The position numbers were made by a program, and so were the translations under genes. The notes beneath the pieces were generated by a model. That model ran no database searches, was not told the origin of the DNA, and saw only the letters and a list, made by a program, of their open reading frames with translations. A stretch of DNA of 59,378 bases, filler included. It is 3 parts of 3 records of this genome, joined end to end, with 100 filler letters (N's around TTAATTAATTAA, not from the genome) between each part and the next. Parts side by side here need not be neighbours in the genome. Positions count along the whole stretch, not along the records: positions 41,991 to 59,378 come from SRR31156797_3984; 2 more parts are not named here. One strand, written 5' to 3'. The first letter of the stretch is position 1. The number at the start of each line of letters is the position of its first letter. Shown one piece after another: positions 51,721-59,378 of the stretch.

Positions 51721-52577
51721 GCCTTCTCTCCCATAATCCCTTGAGGGCGCACCATCATCATGAAAATAAAGAGCACCAGGGCCAGTATGTCGGCCACTTC
51801 AGTGGATGTGAGCACCGCCGTTATGGAGGTGACCACCCCGATGATGAAAGCGCTGATAAAACCGCCCAAAAGGTTGCCCATACCGCCGAATACGACGATC
51901 ACAAAAGCCATCAGCGTGAAGCTCGCCCCGAAGTGGGGGTGCACCGTATAGATCGGTATGAAAAAGGCCGCCACCAGGCCTGTGAGCGCCCCGCCCGCGG
52001 CCAGGGTGATGTAGTAGATACTCCGGGGGTTGATGCCCATGCCCCGGGCTATTTCCACATCCTGTGCCACCGAGCGGATGGCCAGGCCGTAGTAGGTCTT
52101 GTGCAGAAAGAGATAGAGAATCCCCAGGGTGGCGATGGCCCCCAAAAAAGCCAGCAGGTAGGATGTACGTATGAAGATGTCTCCGATCTGCATGATGGGC
52201 ATGGAGATGGGGATGCCCCGGTAGTCGGCCCCCCAGATCACCTGGGCCAGGTTTTCGATGACGATGATCAGACTGGCCAGGGCCAGAAGCTGATTCAGGC
52301 GGGGCGCCCCCAGAAGCGGGTTGATGATCAAAAGCTGCACCACCATGCCCAACAGGCCCATGACCACGATTCCCGCGGCCATGGCCAACAGAAGCGGCAT
52401 GTGCCAGGCCGTGTGGAAGTAATAGATGAAATAAAACCCGAGCATTACAAACTGGCCGTAGGCCATGTGGATGATCTTCACCACACCGAATATGAGGTTG
52501 AGCCCAAAAGCCAACAGGGCCAGGACCCCACCCAACAGGATGCCGTTGATGAATGCCATCAATAGTTCTTCGAGCAT
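51717..52577 (-). CDS. Liv-type ABC transporter permease (LivH-like)
   Basis: GLNLIFGVVKIIHMAYG, AIRSVAQD, FGGMGN, RPQGIMG. Confidence 0.9.
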   Translation of the reverse strand: MLEELLMAFINGILLGGVLALLAFGLNLIFGVVKIIHMAYGQFVMLGFYFIYYFHTAWHMPLLLAMAAGIVVMGLLGMVVQLLIINPLLGAPRLNQLLALASLIIVIENLAQVIWGADYRGIPISMPIMQIGDIFIRTSYLLAFLGAIATLGILYLFLHKTYYGLAIRSVAQDVEIARGMGINPRSIYYITLAAGGALTGLVAAFFIPIYTVHPHFGASFTLMAFVIVVFGGMGNLLGGFISAFIIGVVTSITAVLTSTEVADILALVLFIFMMMVRPQGIMGEKA

Positions 52578-52579
52578 GA

Positions 52580-53284
52580 TTACAGCCCCAGATAAGCGGT
52601 TTTGATGTAAGGGTTCTTGTCAAAGATGTTCCGGTCGCCCTCGAACACCAGCTTGCCCGACTCCACCAGATACGCGTAATCGGCAACCTTCAGGGCCTTG
52701 TTGGCGTTTTGCTCCACCAGGAGGATGGTGGTATCTTCCTCCTTCATTTTCCTGATGAAGTCGAACACCATGTTCACCACCAAAGGGGCCAGCCCCAGGG
52801 AAGGTTCATCCAGCATGATCAGCTTGGGGCAGGACATGAGGCTACGGGCGATGGCCAGCATCTGGCGCTCGCCGCCGCTCAAAGAGCCGGCGGCCTGTCT
52901 CTTGCGGCTGGAAAGAATGGGAAACAGATGGAAGATCTGCTTCATCCGGCCCTGGGCTTTGGGGCGGGCCGTGCGGTTGTAGGAGCCGACCCTCAGGTTG
53001 TCCCGCACCGAGAGATCGGGGAACACCCGCCCGCCTTCGGGCACCAGGGAGATGCCCCGCTCGACCATTTTGTGGGCCGCCAGCCCGGCCACCTCCCTCC
53101 CCTGAAAGGTGATGCTGCCCCGGCGGGGCTTTATCAGGCCCAGGATGGTTTTGAGCAGGGTGCTCTTGCCGGCGCCGTTGGGCCCCACCACAATGACGGT
53201 CTGACCCGGATCCACCTCCAGGGAAATTCCCTCCAGAGCCTTGAATTCGCCGTAATAGGTCTCTATTGCGTTTACTGTGAGCAT
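52580..53284 (-). CDS. Liv-type ABC ATPase (LivF-like)
   Basis: GPNGAGKST, LSGGERQMLA, LDEPSLGLAP, LLVEQN; alternative GTG start at 53305. Confidence 0.9.
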   Translation of the reverse strand: MLTVNAIETYYGEFKALEGISLEVDPGQTVIVVGPNGAGKSTLLKTILGLIKPRRGSITFQGREVAGLAAHKMVERGISLVPEGGRVFPDLSVRDNLRVGSYNRTARPKAQGRMKQIFHLFPILSSRKRQAAGSLSGGERQMLAIARSLMSCPKLIMLDEPSLGLAPLVVNMVFDFIRKMKEEDTTILLVEQNANKALKVADYAYLVESGKLVFEGDRNIFDKNPYIKTAYLGL

Positions 53285-53301
53285 ATGGATGACCCTTATT
53301 G

Positions 53302-54027
53302 TCACTCTACGCCCAGATAGGCTTCGACCACCTGCTTGTCGTTGGACACGCTGTCCGGGTCGCCGTCGGCTATCAACAGGCCATGATTCAGCACAATCAC
53401 CCTTTCCACCAGCCGCATGAGGACGTGCATGATGTGTTCCACCCAGATGATTGTCACATTCAGTTCTTCCCGGGTCCTGACCAGAATCTCCGAGGCGTCC
53501 TTCAGCTCCTCCTTGTTCAGGCCGCTTAAGACCTCGTCCGCCAGAAGGATCTTGGGTTTGGTGGCCAGGGCCCTGGCCAGTTCCAGCTTGCGCAGATCGC
53601 CGGCGGTCATCTTCTCCGGATAGGCGTCCGGGTCAAGACCGAGACCCACGAACTCCTGCAGCTTCACGGCTTTCTCTTTGATGTGCCGTTCCTGAAACTT
53701 GGCTTTGCCTTCTCGGCCGAACAAGACCCCCAGCATGATATTTTCAGCCACGGTCAAGCTCTTAATGGGCTGGGGGATCTGAAAGGTGCGGGCGATGCCC
53801 CCATGGCAGATGGCGTTGGGATTCAGCCCGCTGATGGTCCGGCCCTGATAAAGCACCTCACCCACCGTGGGCTTCAAGGCACCGGAGATCAGGTTGAACA
53901 TGGTGGTTTTACCCGAACCGTTGGGGCCTATGAGCCCCACGAAGCTCCCTTCGTCGATGCGGAAAGAGACCTCGTTAAGGGCCGTGATTCCGCCGAAACG
54001 CTTACTGATGTTCTGAATCTCAAGCAT
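53302..54027 (-). CDS. Liv-type ABC ATPase (LivG-like)
   Basis: FGGITAL, GPNGSGKTT, IARTFQ, ADEVLSGL, WVEH, VVEAYLG. Confidence 0.9.
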   Translation of the reverse strand: MLEIQNISKRFGGITALNEVSFRIDEGSFVGLIGPNGSGKTTMFNLISGALKPTVGEVLYQGRTISGLNPNAICHGGIARTFQIPQPIKSLTVAENIMLGVLFGREGKAKFQERHIKEKAVKLQEFVGLGLDPDAYPEKMTAGDLRKLELARALATKPKILLADEVLSGLNKEELKDASEILVRTREELNVTIIWVEHIMHVLMRLVERVIVLNHGLLIADGDPDSVSNDKQVVEAYLGVE

Positions 54028-54093
54028 GACATCCCTCAGGCCTTCCTCCCGGATTTCCGGCGGGAAAAACGGGAAGCGTTTTGGCCCCGGTTG

Positions 54094-54120
54094 GGGAGCC
54101 GGAGGAAAGCCCCGGCTCCC
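54094..54120 (-). promoter_or_regulatory. Intercistronic stem-loop after the substrate-binding protein gene
   Basis: gggagccgg-N9-ccggctccc 9-bp stem. Confidence 0.5.
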
Positions 54121-54126
54121 TGGATA

Positions 54127-55452
54127 TTACTTAAGGGCGAAGGGGCTGCTTTCGGGCAGCGGTATCACCGGTTTAATGGTTTGCAGGGCCTCGGGCCAGG
54201 CGATGCCCAGCTTGCCGTTGATGGACTGCACCACCACCGGATAAGACCGCAGGTTCTGCCCGGAAAGGGGGGTGCCCGGCTGTGCGAACTTCACGCCGTA
54301 GCCGCAGGGGGTACCGCCCTCGGGTATGTCGATATCAAGGGAGGCCTTGCGGATGGAATCGGGGCTCAGGTCTCCGTATTTTTTGAGCGCCAGGGGAGCC
54401 ACGTCGTTGAGGAGGATCCAGGTGTGGCCGAAACCCTGGGTGGCGTGGGTGGGCGGATTGCCGACCTTGAACTTTTCCTCGTAGCGCTTGAGGAACTCGC
54501 CGATGAGCTCGCCGGTGCCCGGGGTCAGCTTTTTGCGGTCCAGCATCTGGGCCGGGGCCGGGTCCACGTTAAAGCAGAAGTTCATGAGGTCTCCGCCCGC
54601 CGCCTGGGCCAGTTTGGGCATGTTGGCATGGCCCGATCCGTGACCTTCGATGGCCTTGGTCTTAAGCCCCAGTTCCCGGGCCTGGCGGAAGAACAGCACC
54701 ACGTCCGGAAAGTAGCCGGTGTGCAGAATGGCGTCGGGTTTCACCCGTTTCAGTTTGAGAATCAGGGAGGACATGTCCTTGGTCTTGTGGGAATAGGCTT
54801 CGTTCAGCACCACCTTCATGCCGAACTTTTCGGCCATGGCCTTGTTTGCCTTTGACACAGAGGAGCCGTAGGGGCCGTCCTCGTGGATAATGGCCACTTT
54901 GAGGTCCCGGGCCTTTTGGACCCCGAACTTGGCCAGGTTGTCGTTGAGCAGCTTAACGGTGCTCTGGCCCCACTGGGAACCCATGGGCTGCACCCGGAAG
55001 ACGTACTTCAGGTCGCGGTCCTGAACCACCTTGTCGGAAATGGCGATGACCACCCAGAAGATCTTCTTGTTCCTGTCGGCCATGGGGGCCAGGGGAACCG
55101 CGATGCCGCTGGAGAACACGCCCAGCACCACCGGCACCTTTTCAACGGTCATCAGGCGCTGCCCCTCGCGGATGGCCACGTCCGGGTTGCTCTGGGCGTC
55201 GGCCACCACGGGGACCACCTTGTACTTGCCGGCGATGCCGCCCCGGGCGTTGATCATGTCAACGGCCACCATGGTGCCCCGGTAGCCGGCCAATGCCCCG
55301 GCCGGGGCAAAGGGGCCGGTCATGGAAAAGAGTACTCCCAGCTTGAATTCCTCGTCCTGGGCCGTCGCGGGGGCGGTTATGCCCGCCACCATTACCACCA
55401 GTATCGCCAACATGGCCATCCACTTTCTCATCCGTGCCGTCAACTTTTCCAT
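54127..55452 (-). CDS. Liv-type ABC substrate-binding protein
   Basis: Signal peptide; LGVLFSMTGPFA, INARGGI, DAQSNP, EDGPYG. Confidence 0.9.
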   Translation of the reverse strand: MEKLTARMRKWMAMLAILVVMVAGITAPATAQDEEFKLGVLFSMTGPFAPAGALAGYRGTMVAVDMINARGGIAGKYKVVPVVADAQSNPDVAIREGQRLMTVEKVPVVLGVFSSGIAVPLAPMADRNKKIFWVVIAISDKVVQDRDLKYVFRVQPMGSQWGQSTVKLLNDNLAKFGVQKARDLKVAIIHEDGPYGSSVSKANKAMAEKFGMKVVLNEAYSHKTKDMSSLILKLKRVKPDAILHTGYFPDVVLFFRQARELGLKTKAIEGHGSGHANMPKLAQAAGGDLMNFCFNVDPAPAQMLDRKKLTPGTGELIGEFLKRYEEKFKVGNPPTHATQGFGHTWILLNDVAPLALKKYGDLSPDSIRKASLDIDIPEGGTPCGYGVKFAQPGTPLSGQNLRSYPVVVQSINGKLGIAWPEALQTIKPVIPLPESSPFALK

Positions 55453-55556
55453 CTGTCTGTCCTCCCTTTTTTGGTTTATGGACGTTCGCTATTTGGGTGA
55501 AAGTGTACACGCCGGCCAACAAGGCGTACGCCGACACCCTTCACCAAATTCCCTTA

Positions 55557-56369
55557 TCAAGGCCTGGCCCTATCAACCTGGTGCAAAAACGAGGTGATCT
55601 CTTTGTTGAATCGGCCGGCCATCTCCATAAAAAAGCAGTGCCTTCCCCGGGGAAACACCAGCAGGGAAGTGTCCGGAATCAGCCCGGCCAAAACAAAGGC
55701 GTTTTCCGTGGGGATGAGACGATCGTCGGAGCCGGTGGTGATCAGGGCCGGCTGTGCCAACACGGACAGCCGCTTGGCAGACGAAAAATTGTGCATGGCT
55801 TCCATCTGCCGCCGAAGAACAAGCTCCGGCGGGTCGCTTTTAAGGGCTATCCGGATGAATTCTTCCACCTTCCCGCCTTCCTCTTCCAACCATTGATCGG
55901 AAAAATATATCCCCAGGTTTCGTTGCAAAAAATCGTGGTGGCTCAGGCCGCCCGGATCGGCGTACCATTTGATGATGTGCTCCGGCGGGGCCAAAGCCTC
56001 CGTGCCGCCACAGGTGGTGCAGGCCAAAACCAGGCTGCGCACACGCCGGGTGGAACGGATGGCCACCTCCTGGGCAATGCATCCCCCCATGGAAACCCCC
56101 AGAAAATGGGCGGAGCTCAATCGCAGTTCGTCCATGAGGTTTACGGTGTCTTCCGCCATACCCGCGATGCTGGAAGGCTTGTCCGGCTTGCCGCTTTGCC
56201 CCACGCCCCGGTTGTCCACCAGGATCAGCCTGAAGTGCCGGGCCAGTTCCGGAACCTGGCGGTAAAACCAGGTGTGGTCACCCCCCAGCCCCATGAGCAT
56301 CACCAGGGGCGGCCCCTGGCCCAGGACCTCGTAATACAACCGCATATCTTCCAAATGTATAAAGGGCAT
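55557..56369 (-). CDS. Alpha/beta hydrolase (enol-lactonase/esterase-like)
   Basis: LMGLGG, DNRGVGQS, GVSMGG nucleophile elbow, GSDD, GRH. Confidence 0.88.
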   Translation of the reverse strand: MPFIHLEDMRLYYEVLGQGPPLVMLMGLGGDHTWFYRQVPELARHFRLILVDNRGVGQSGKPDKPSSIAGMAEDTVNLMDELRLSSAHFLGVSMGGCIAQEVAIRSTRRVRSLVLACTTCGGTEALAPPEHIIKWYADPGGLSHHDFLQRNLGIYFSDQWLEEEGGKVEEFIRIALKSDPPELVLRRQMEAMHNFSSAKRLSVLAQPALITTGSDDRLIPTENAFVLAGLIPDTSLLVFPRGRHCFFMEMAGRFNKEITSFLHQVDRARP

Positions 56370-56443
56370 GGGCGATTCCTTAAAATGGGATGGCGGGGCG
56401 CCTCGATCAATCTTGAGCTTCGAAGACTCACCATGTTTTTTAT

Positions 56444-56459
56444 TGCAACGAGCATGCCG
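56444..56459 (-). promoter_or_regulatory. Sigma54 (-24/-12) promoter of the catabolic operon
   Basis: Minus strand reads CGGCATGCTCGTTGCA (GG-N10-GC, consensus TGGCACGNNNNTTGCW), 75 nt upstream of the hydrolase ATG. Confidence 0.85.
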
Positions 56460-56544
56460 GAGTAGGCACAGGCGCGATTATCCGCTATCTATTTGATTTT
56501 ACGTGTAATTATTTTCAGATGATTTATTCATGAAAAATCGGCGA

Positions 56545-56673
56545 CTCGCATTTTTGCGAGATAGCCCTTTTTAGGTTTTCGGGATTATGTCCCTTATCCA
56601 TTGACAGCACCTTACATCCCGGCTATAGAAGAGACCCACTCGCAGGATTGCGAGCAATTCGCATCTTTGCGAG
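56545..56673. promoter_or_regulatory. Three palindromic upstream activator sites YTCGCA-N4-TGCGAG
   Basis: ctcgca-tttt-tgcgag (56545-56560), ctcgca-ggat-tgcgag (56639-56654), ttcgca-tctt-tgcgag (56658-56673). Confidence 0.8.
56601..56629 (+). promoter_or_regulatory. Putative sigma70 promoter of the activator gene
   Basis: TTGACA-N17-TATAGA. Confidence 0.55.
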
Positions 56674-56714
56674 TAATGGTCTGTGGAGAATACTCCTGGA
56701 AAGGGGGTGCAGCT

Positions 56715-58508
56715 TTGCCGGATCCTGAACTTTCCAATATTGAAGGGCGCTTCCATTGGCTGGTGGCCTTGAATTCCACCCATAACGGCATTCTGGTTGT
56801 GGATGCCAAAGGGATCGTGTTGCTCTACAATCAGGCCGCCCACCGCATTTTCCGCCTGGACAATCCGGATCCCGTGGGCAAACACATGCGCCAGGTGCGC
56901 CCGGAAGCCTGGCCGGACATTCACAAAATCCTGAAAACCGGCCAACCCCAGGTGGGGAAGCGCATCGAAATAGCCCAGACCACCATCATCGCCAACCGCA
57001 GCCCCATTATGGATTCCGGCGAGATCATCGGAGTGATCAGCGTCTTTCAGGACATATCCGACCATGAGGCCATCATCAGTCAACTGCGGGGATATCAGGA
57101 TTTGTACCGGGAACTGGAGGCTGTTTTCGAGTCCTCCTATGACGGGCTGTTCGTGGTCAACGGCCGGGACAATACGGTGCTAAGGCTCAACAGCGCCTAT
57201 GAGCGGATGAGCGGCCTGAGCCGGGAACAGATCGTGGGCATGCACGTCAACGAAATGCTGAGGGACAAAATCATCGACCGTTCGGTGACCATGCAGGTGC
57301 ACAAAAGACAGGCCCCGGTGACCATCATGCAAAAGATCTGGGGTGATCGGGACGTGATGACCACCGGCACCCCGTTCTTTGACGAAAAGGACGACATCAG
57401 CCTGGTGGTCATCAATGTGCGCGATCTCACGGAGCTCAACCAGCTCAAGGCCAAGCTGGAAGAAACCCGCAAACTGGAAAGCCGCTATCAACAGTCGCTC
57501 ACGGAACATATCAACCTGGAACACGCCCAGAAACGGATGATCGTTCGCAGCGAAGCCATGAAGAAGGTGCTGCAGAAGGCGGTCAAGGCGGCCAATGTGT
57601 CCAACGCCATGCTGCTGCTCGGGGAATCCGGGGTGGGGAAAAGCATGTTGGCCCGGATCATCCACGAGATCAGCAGCCGTTGCAGCCAACCCTTCGTGAA
57701 GATAAACTGCGGGGCCATACCGGAGTCCCTCATGGAGAGTGAGCTGTTCGGATACGAGCCCGGGGCGTTCACCGGGGCCCTGCCCCAGGGAAAGGCCGGA
57801 CTTTTCGAAACCGCAGACAAGGGCACGATCTTTCTGGACGAGGTGGCGGAACTGACCCCGACCATGCAGGTGAAGCTGCTGGAGGTCATCGACGAGGGGC
57901 GCTTCTCCCGTGTCGGAGCCATCCGGCACAAGGATGTGGACGTGCGGGTCATCGCCGCCACCAACCGCAACCTTAAGGAGATGATGGAAAAGGACCTGTT
58001 CCGGGAAGACCTGTACTACCGGCTAAAGGTCATCTCCATCGATATCCCCCCCTTGCGCCACCGAAGGGAGGATATCCCGGCCCTGGCCCACCAATTCCTG
58101 CAGAATTACTGCGAACAGCACGAAGTGGACAAACGGCTCCAGCGCGAGGTCTTGGACGCCCTGGCCCAATACGATTATCCCGGAAACATCCGCGAACTCA
58201 AGAATCTCCTGGAATCCATGATGGTCATGGGCGAGGGAGATGCCATTTCCCTGGCCGATGCACCCGGCGATCTTCGCCGAAGCTTGAAAAGGCCCAACGC
58301 GTCTTCTTTCCGGGAAACCGGCTTCAAGCAGGCGGTAGCCGGGTTTGAACTGGACCTGATCAAAAATGCGTTGAGCCGCTACGGCTCGGTTCCCGAAGCG
58401 GCCCGGGCCTTGGGGATTCATCCCGCCACCATCTGGCGCAAGCTGGCTTCCGAAAAATCGGGCCTGATTCACCCGAAAACAAGACAAGACCGGCCGAGGC
58501 AAGGTTAG
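56715..58508 (+). CDS. Sigma54-dependent activator (two PAS domains, AAA+, HTH)
   Basis: GESGVGKS, INCGAIP, ESELFG, GAFTGA, FLDEV, FREDLYYRL, YPGNIREL; start moved to TTG 56715 behind AAGGGGGTG because the track start at 56601 falls on the -35 box. Confidence 0.9.
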   Translation: MPDPELSNIEGRFHWLVALNSTHNGILVVDAKGIVLLYNQAAHRIFRLDNPDPVGKHMRQVRPEAWPDIHKILKTGQPQVGKRIEIAQTTIIANRSPIMDSGEIIGVISVFQDISDHEAIISQLRGYQDLYRELEAVFESSYDGLFVVNGRDNTVLRLNSAYERMSGLSREQIVGMHVNEMLRDKIIDRSVTMQVHKRQAPVTIMQKIWGDRDVMTTGTPFFDEKDDISLVVINVRDLTELNQLKAKLEETRKLESRYQQSLTEHINLEHAQKRMIVRSEAMKKVLQKAVKAANVSNAMLLLGESGVGKSMLARIIHEISSRCSQPFVKINCGAIPESLMESELFGYEPGAFTGALPQGKAGLFETADKGTIFLDEVAELTPTMQVKLLEVIDEGRFSRVGAIRHKDVDVRVIAATNRNLKEMMEKDLFREDLYYRLKVISIDIPPLRHRREDIPALAHQFLQNYCEQHEVDKRLQREVLDALAQYDYPGNIRELKNLLESMMVMGEGDAISLADAPGDLRRSLKRPNASSFRETGFKQAVAGFELDLIKNALSRYGSVPEAARALGIHPATIWRKLASEKSGLIHPKTRQDRPRQG

Positions 58509-58755
58509 AGTTCATCATTTCTGAAGGATTCCGAGCCGGATCAGTTCCGAAACGATCGCCTTGGCGCCCGCCCGGTCAAATCGTTTTTCCGCTTCCGTGA
58601 GGTGCTCGCAGGGAACCGGCCCGGGGTGCCGTTTCCCGGCGTCATCCCGTTGCTTGGCTTTGGCAAAGGTCAAACGTAGACTTGACCCTCCCCATGACCC
58701 TCCCCATTCGGATCTCCAAAAGCAGGTCTAAAATAGCTGGCCCCAAGAAACAGGG

Positions 58756-59295
58756 TTAAACATTACTTAAAAGACGACCCCTGACCACTTCAAACAGATC
58801 ACCAAACCTCAGAACGCCGGTGATCTCATCACCATTTTTTACGATAAGCGGTTGATGGACACCCATTACAAATCCGTTTAAAGCTTTTTCAAGAGTATCG
58901 CTTTCCTGGATATATTCTACGTTTTCAGGAGCATGCATAACATCGGCAACCTTCAGGTTTTTACCCCGTTCGCTAATATCCTGCATCGGTTCCATCCAGA
59001 GGTTGAAATCCCTGACCGCATCCATAACAAATCTTTTCGTCAGTACACCTTTTGATGCTTCTGGTTCGATCTTTTTATAATTCGGCTCAAGTGCCCGGAA
59101 TATGTCTATCATTGTGAGCTTGGCAATAAAATTACCGTCTCCGTCAACAACAATGGCATCTCTATGGGCGTGATCTGTTTTCGATTTTCGATCCGCATCC
59201 AACGCCTGCAATACTTCAATCAGGCTGTTTTCTTTTTTTACGGTTACATAATTGGATATGGGAATCATGATTTCTTTTACCTGGATGTTCTTCAT
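58756..59295 (-). CDS. CBS-domain protein
   Basis: VKEIMIP and VADVMH CBS starts; IVVDGDGNFIAKLTMIDI and GVLRFGDL. Confidence 0.82.
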   Translation of the reverse strand: MKNIQVKEIMIPISNYVTVKKENSLIEVLQALDADRKSKTDHAHRDAIVVDGDGNFIAKLTMIDIFRALEPNYKKIEPEASKGVLTKRFVMDAVRDFNLWMEPMQDISERGKNLKVADVMHAPENVEYIQESDTLEKALNGFVMGVHQPLIVKNGDEITGVLRFGDLFEVVRGRLLSNV

Positions 59296-59378
59296 TTTTT
59301 CTCCTCCTCTTATCTTTATTCTATCAATTTTGAGGGTACAAGAAGGACGCCCTTAAATTCCAACTTTCTCGTTTTTTT

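Noticed and set aside
46316-56465. Long + strand ORFs of about 200-415 aa antisense to the catabolic operon
   Set aside because: Shadow ORFs expected from high GC at third codon positions; no recognisable motifs and fully overlapping well-supported minus-strand genes

Overview
The window is three unrelated contigs joined by artificial 100-nt N spacers that carry TTAATTAATTAA (20621-20720 and 41891-41990), so gene neighbourhoods must not be read across those joins. (1) 1-20620 is a Vibrio-like core chromosomal region: ubiI-ubiH-ygfB, zapA-6S RNA-ygfA, rpiA, serA, ilvIH, a long-chain acyl-CoA ligase with FabR-like sites, leuO, a glycosyltransferase/PAP2 pair, an attenuated leuLABCD operon, a DUF547 gene and the 3' end of a 5S rRNA. 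(2) 20721-41890 is AT-rich and Bacteroidota-like: two tandem TPR histidine kinases, a defence island (an OLD-family ATPase-TOPRIM nuclease split by one in-frame TAG, then Zorya type II zorA-zorB-zorE), an internally duplicated 218-aa helical protein with a degenerate 21/42-bp repeat array just upstream, then DoxX, YbjT-like, TspO, YARHG, CPBP, TreT-like, XRE and tricorn protease genes. (3) 41991-59378 is GC-rich and Desulfobacterota-like: a probably secreted fibre-like protein with an S74 chaperone domain, a LuxR regulator, and a sigma54-controlled catabolic operon (hydrolase, Liv-type ABC transporter, Fe-ADH, Mo aldehyde oxidoreductase, CoA-transferase) whose promoter and enhancer palindromes are visible. 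The best candidates for something undescribed are the 218-aa protein plus repeat array and the OLD-Zorya II cassette. All family calls come from motif recognition by eye; no database search was run.
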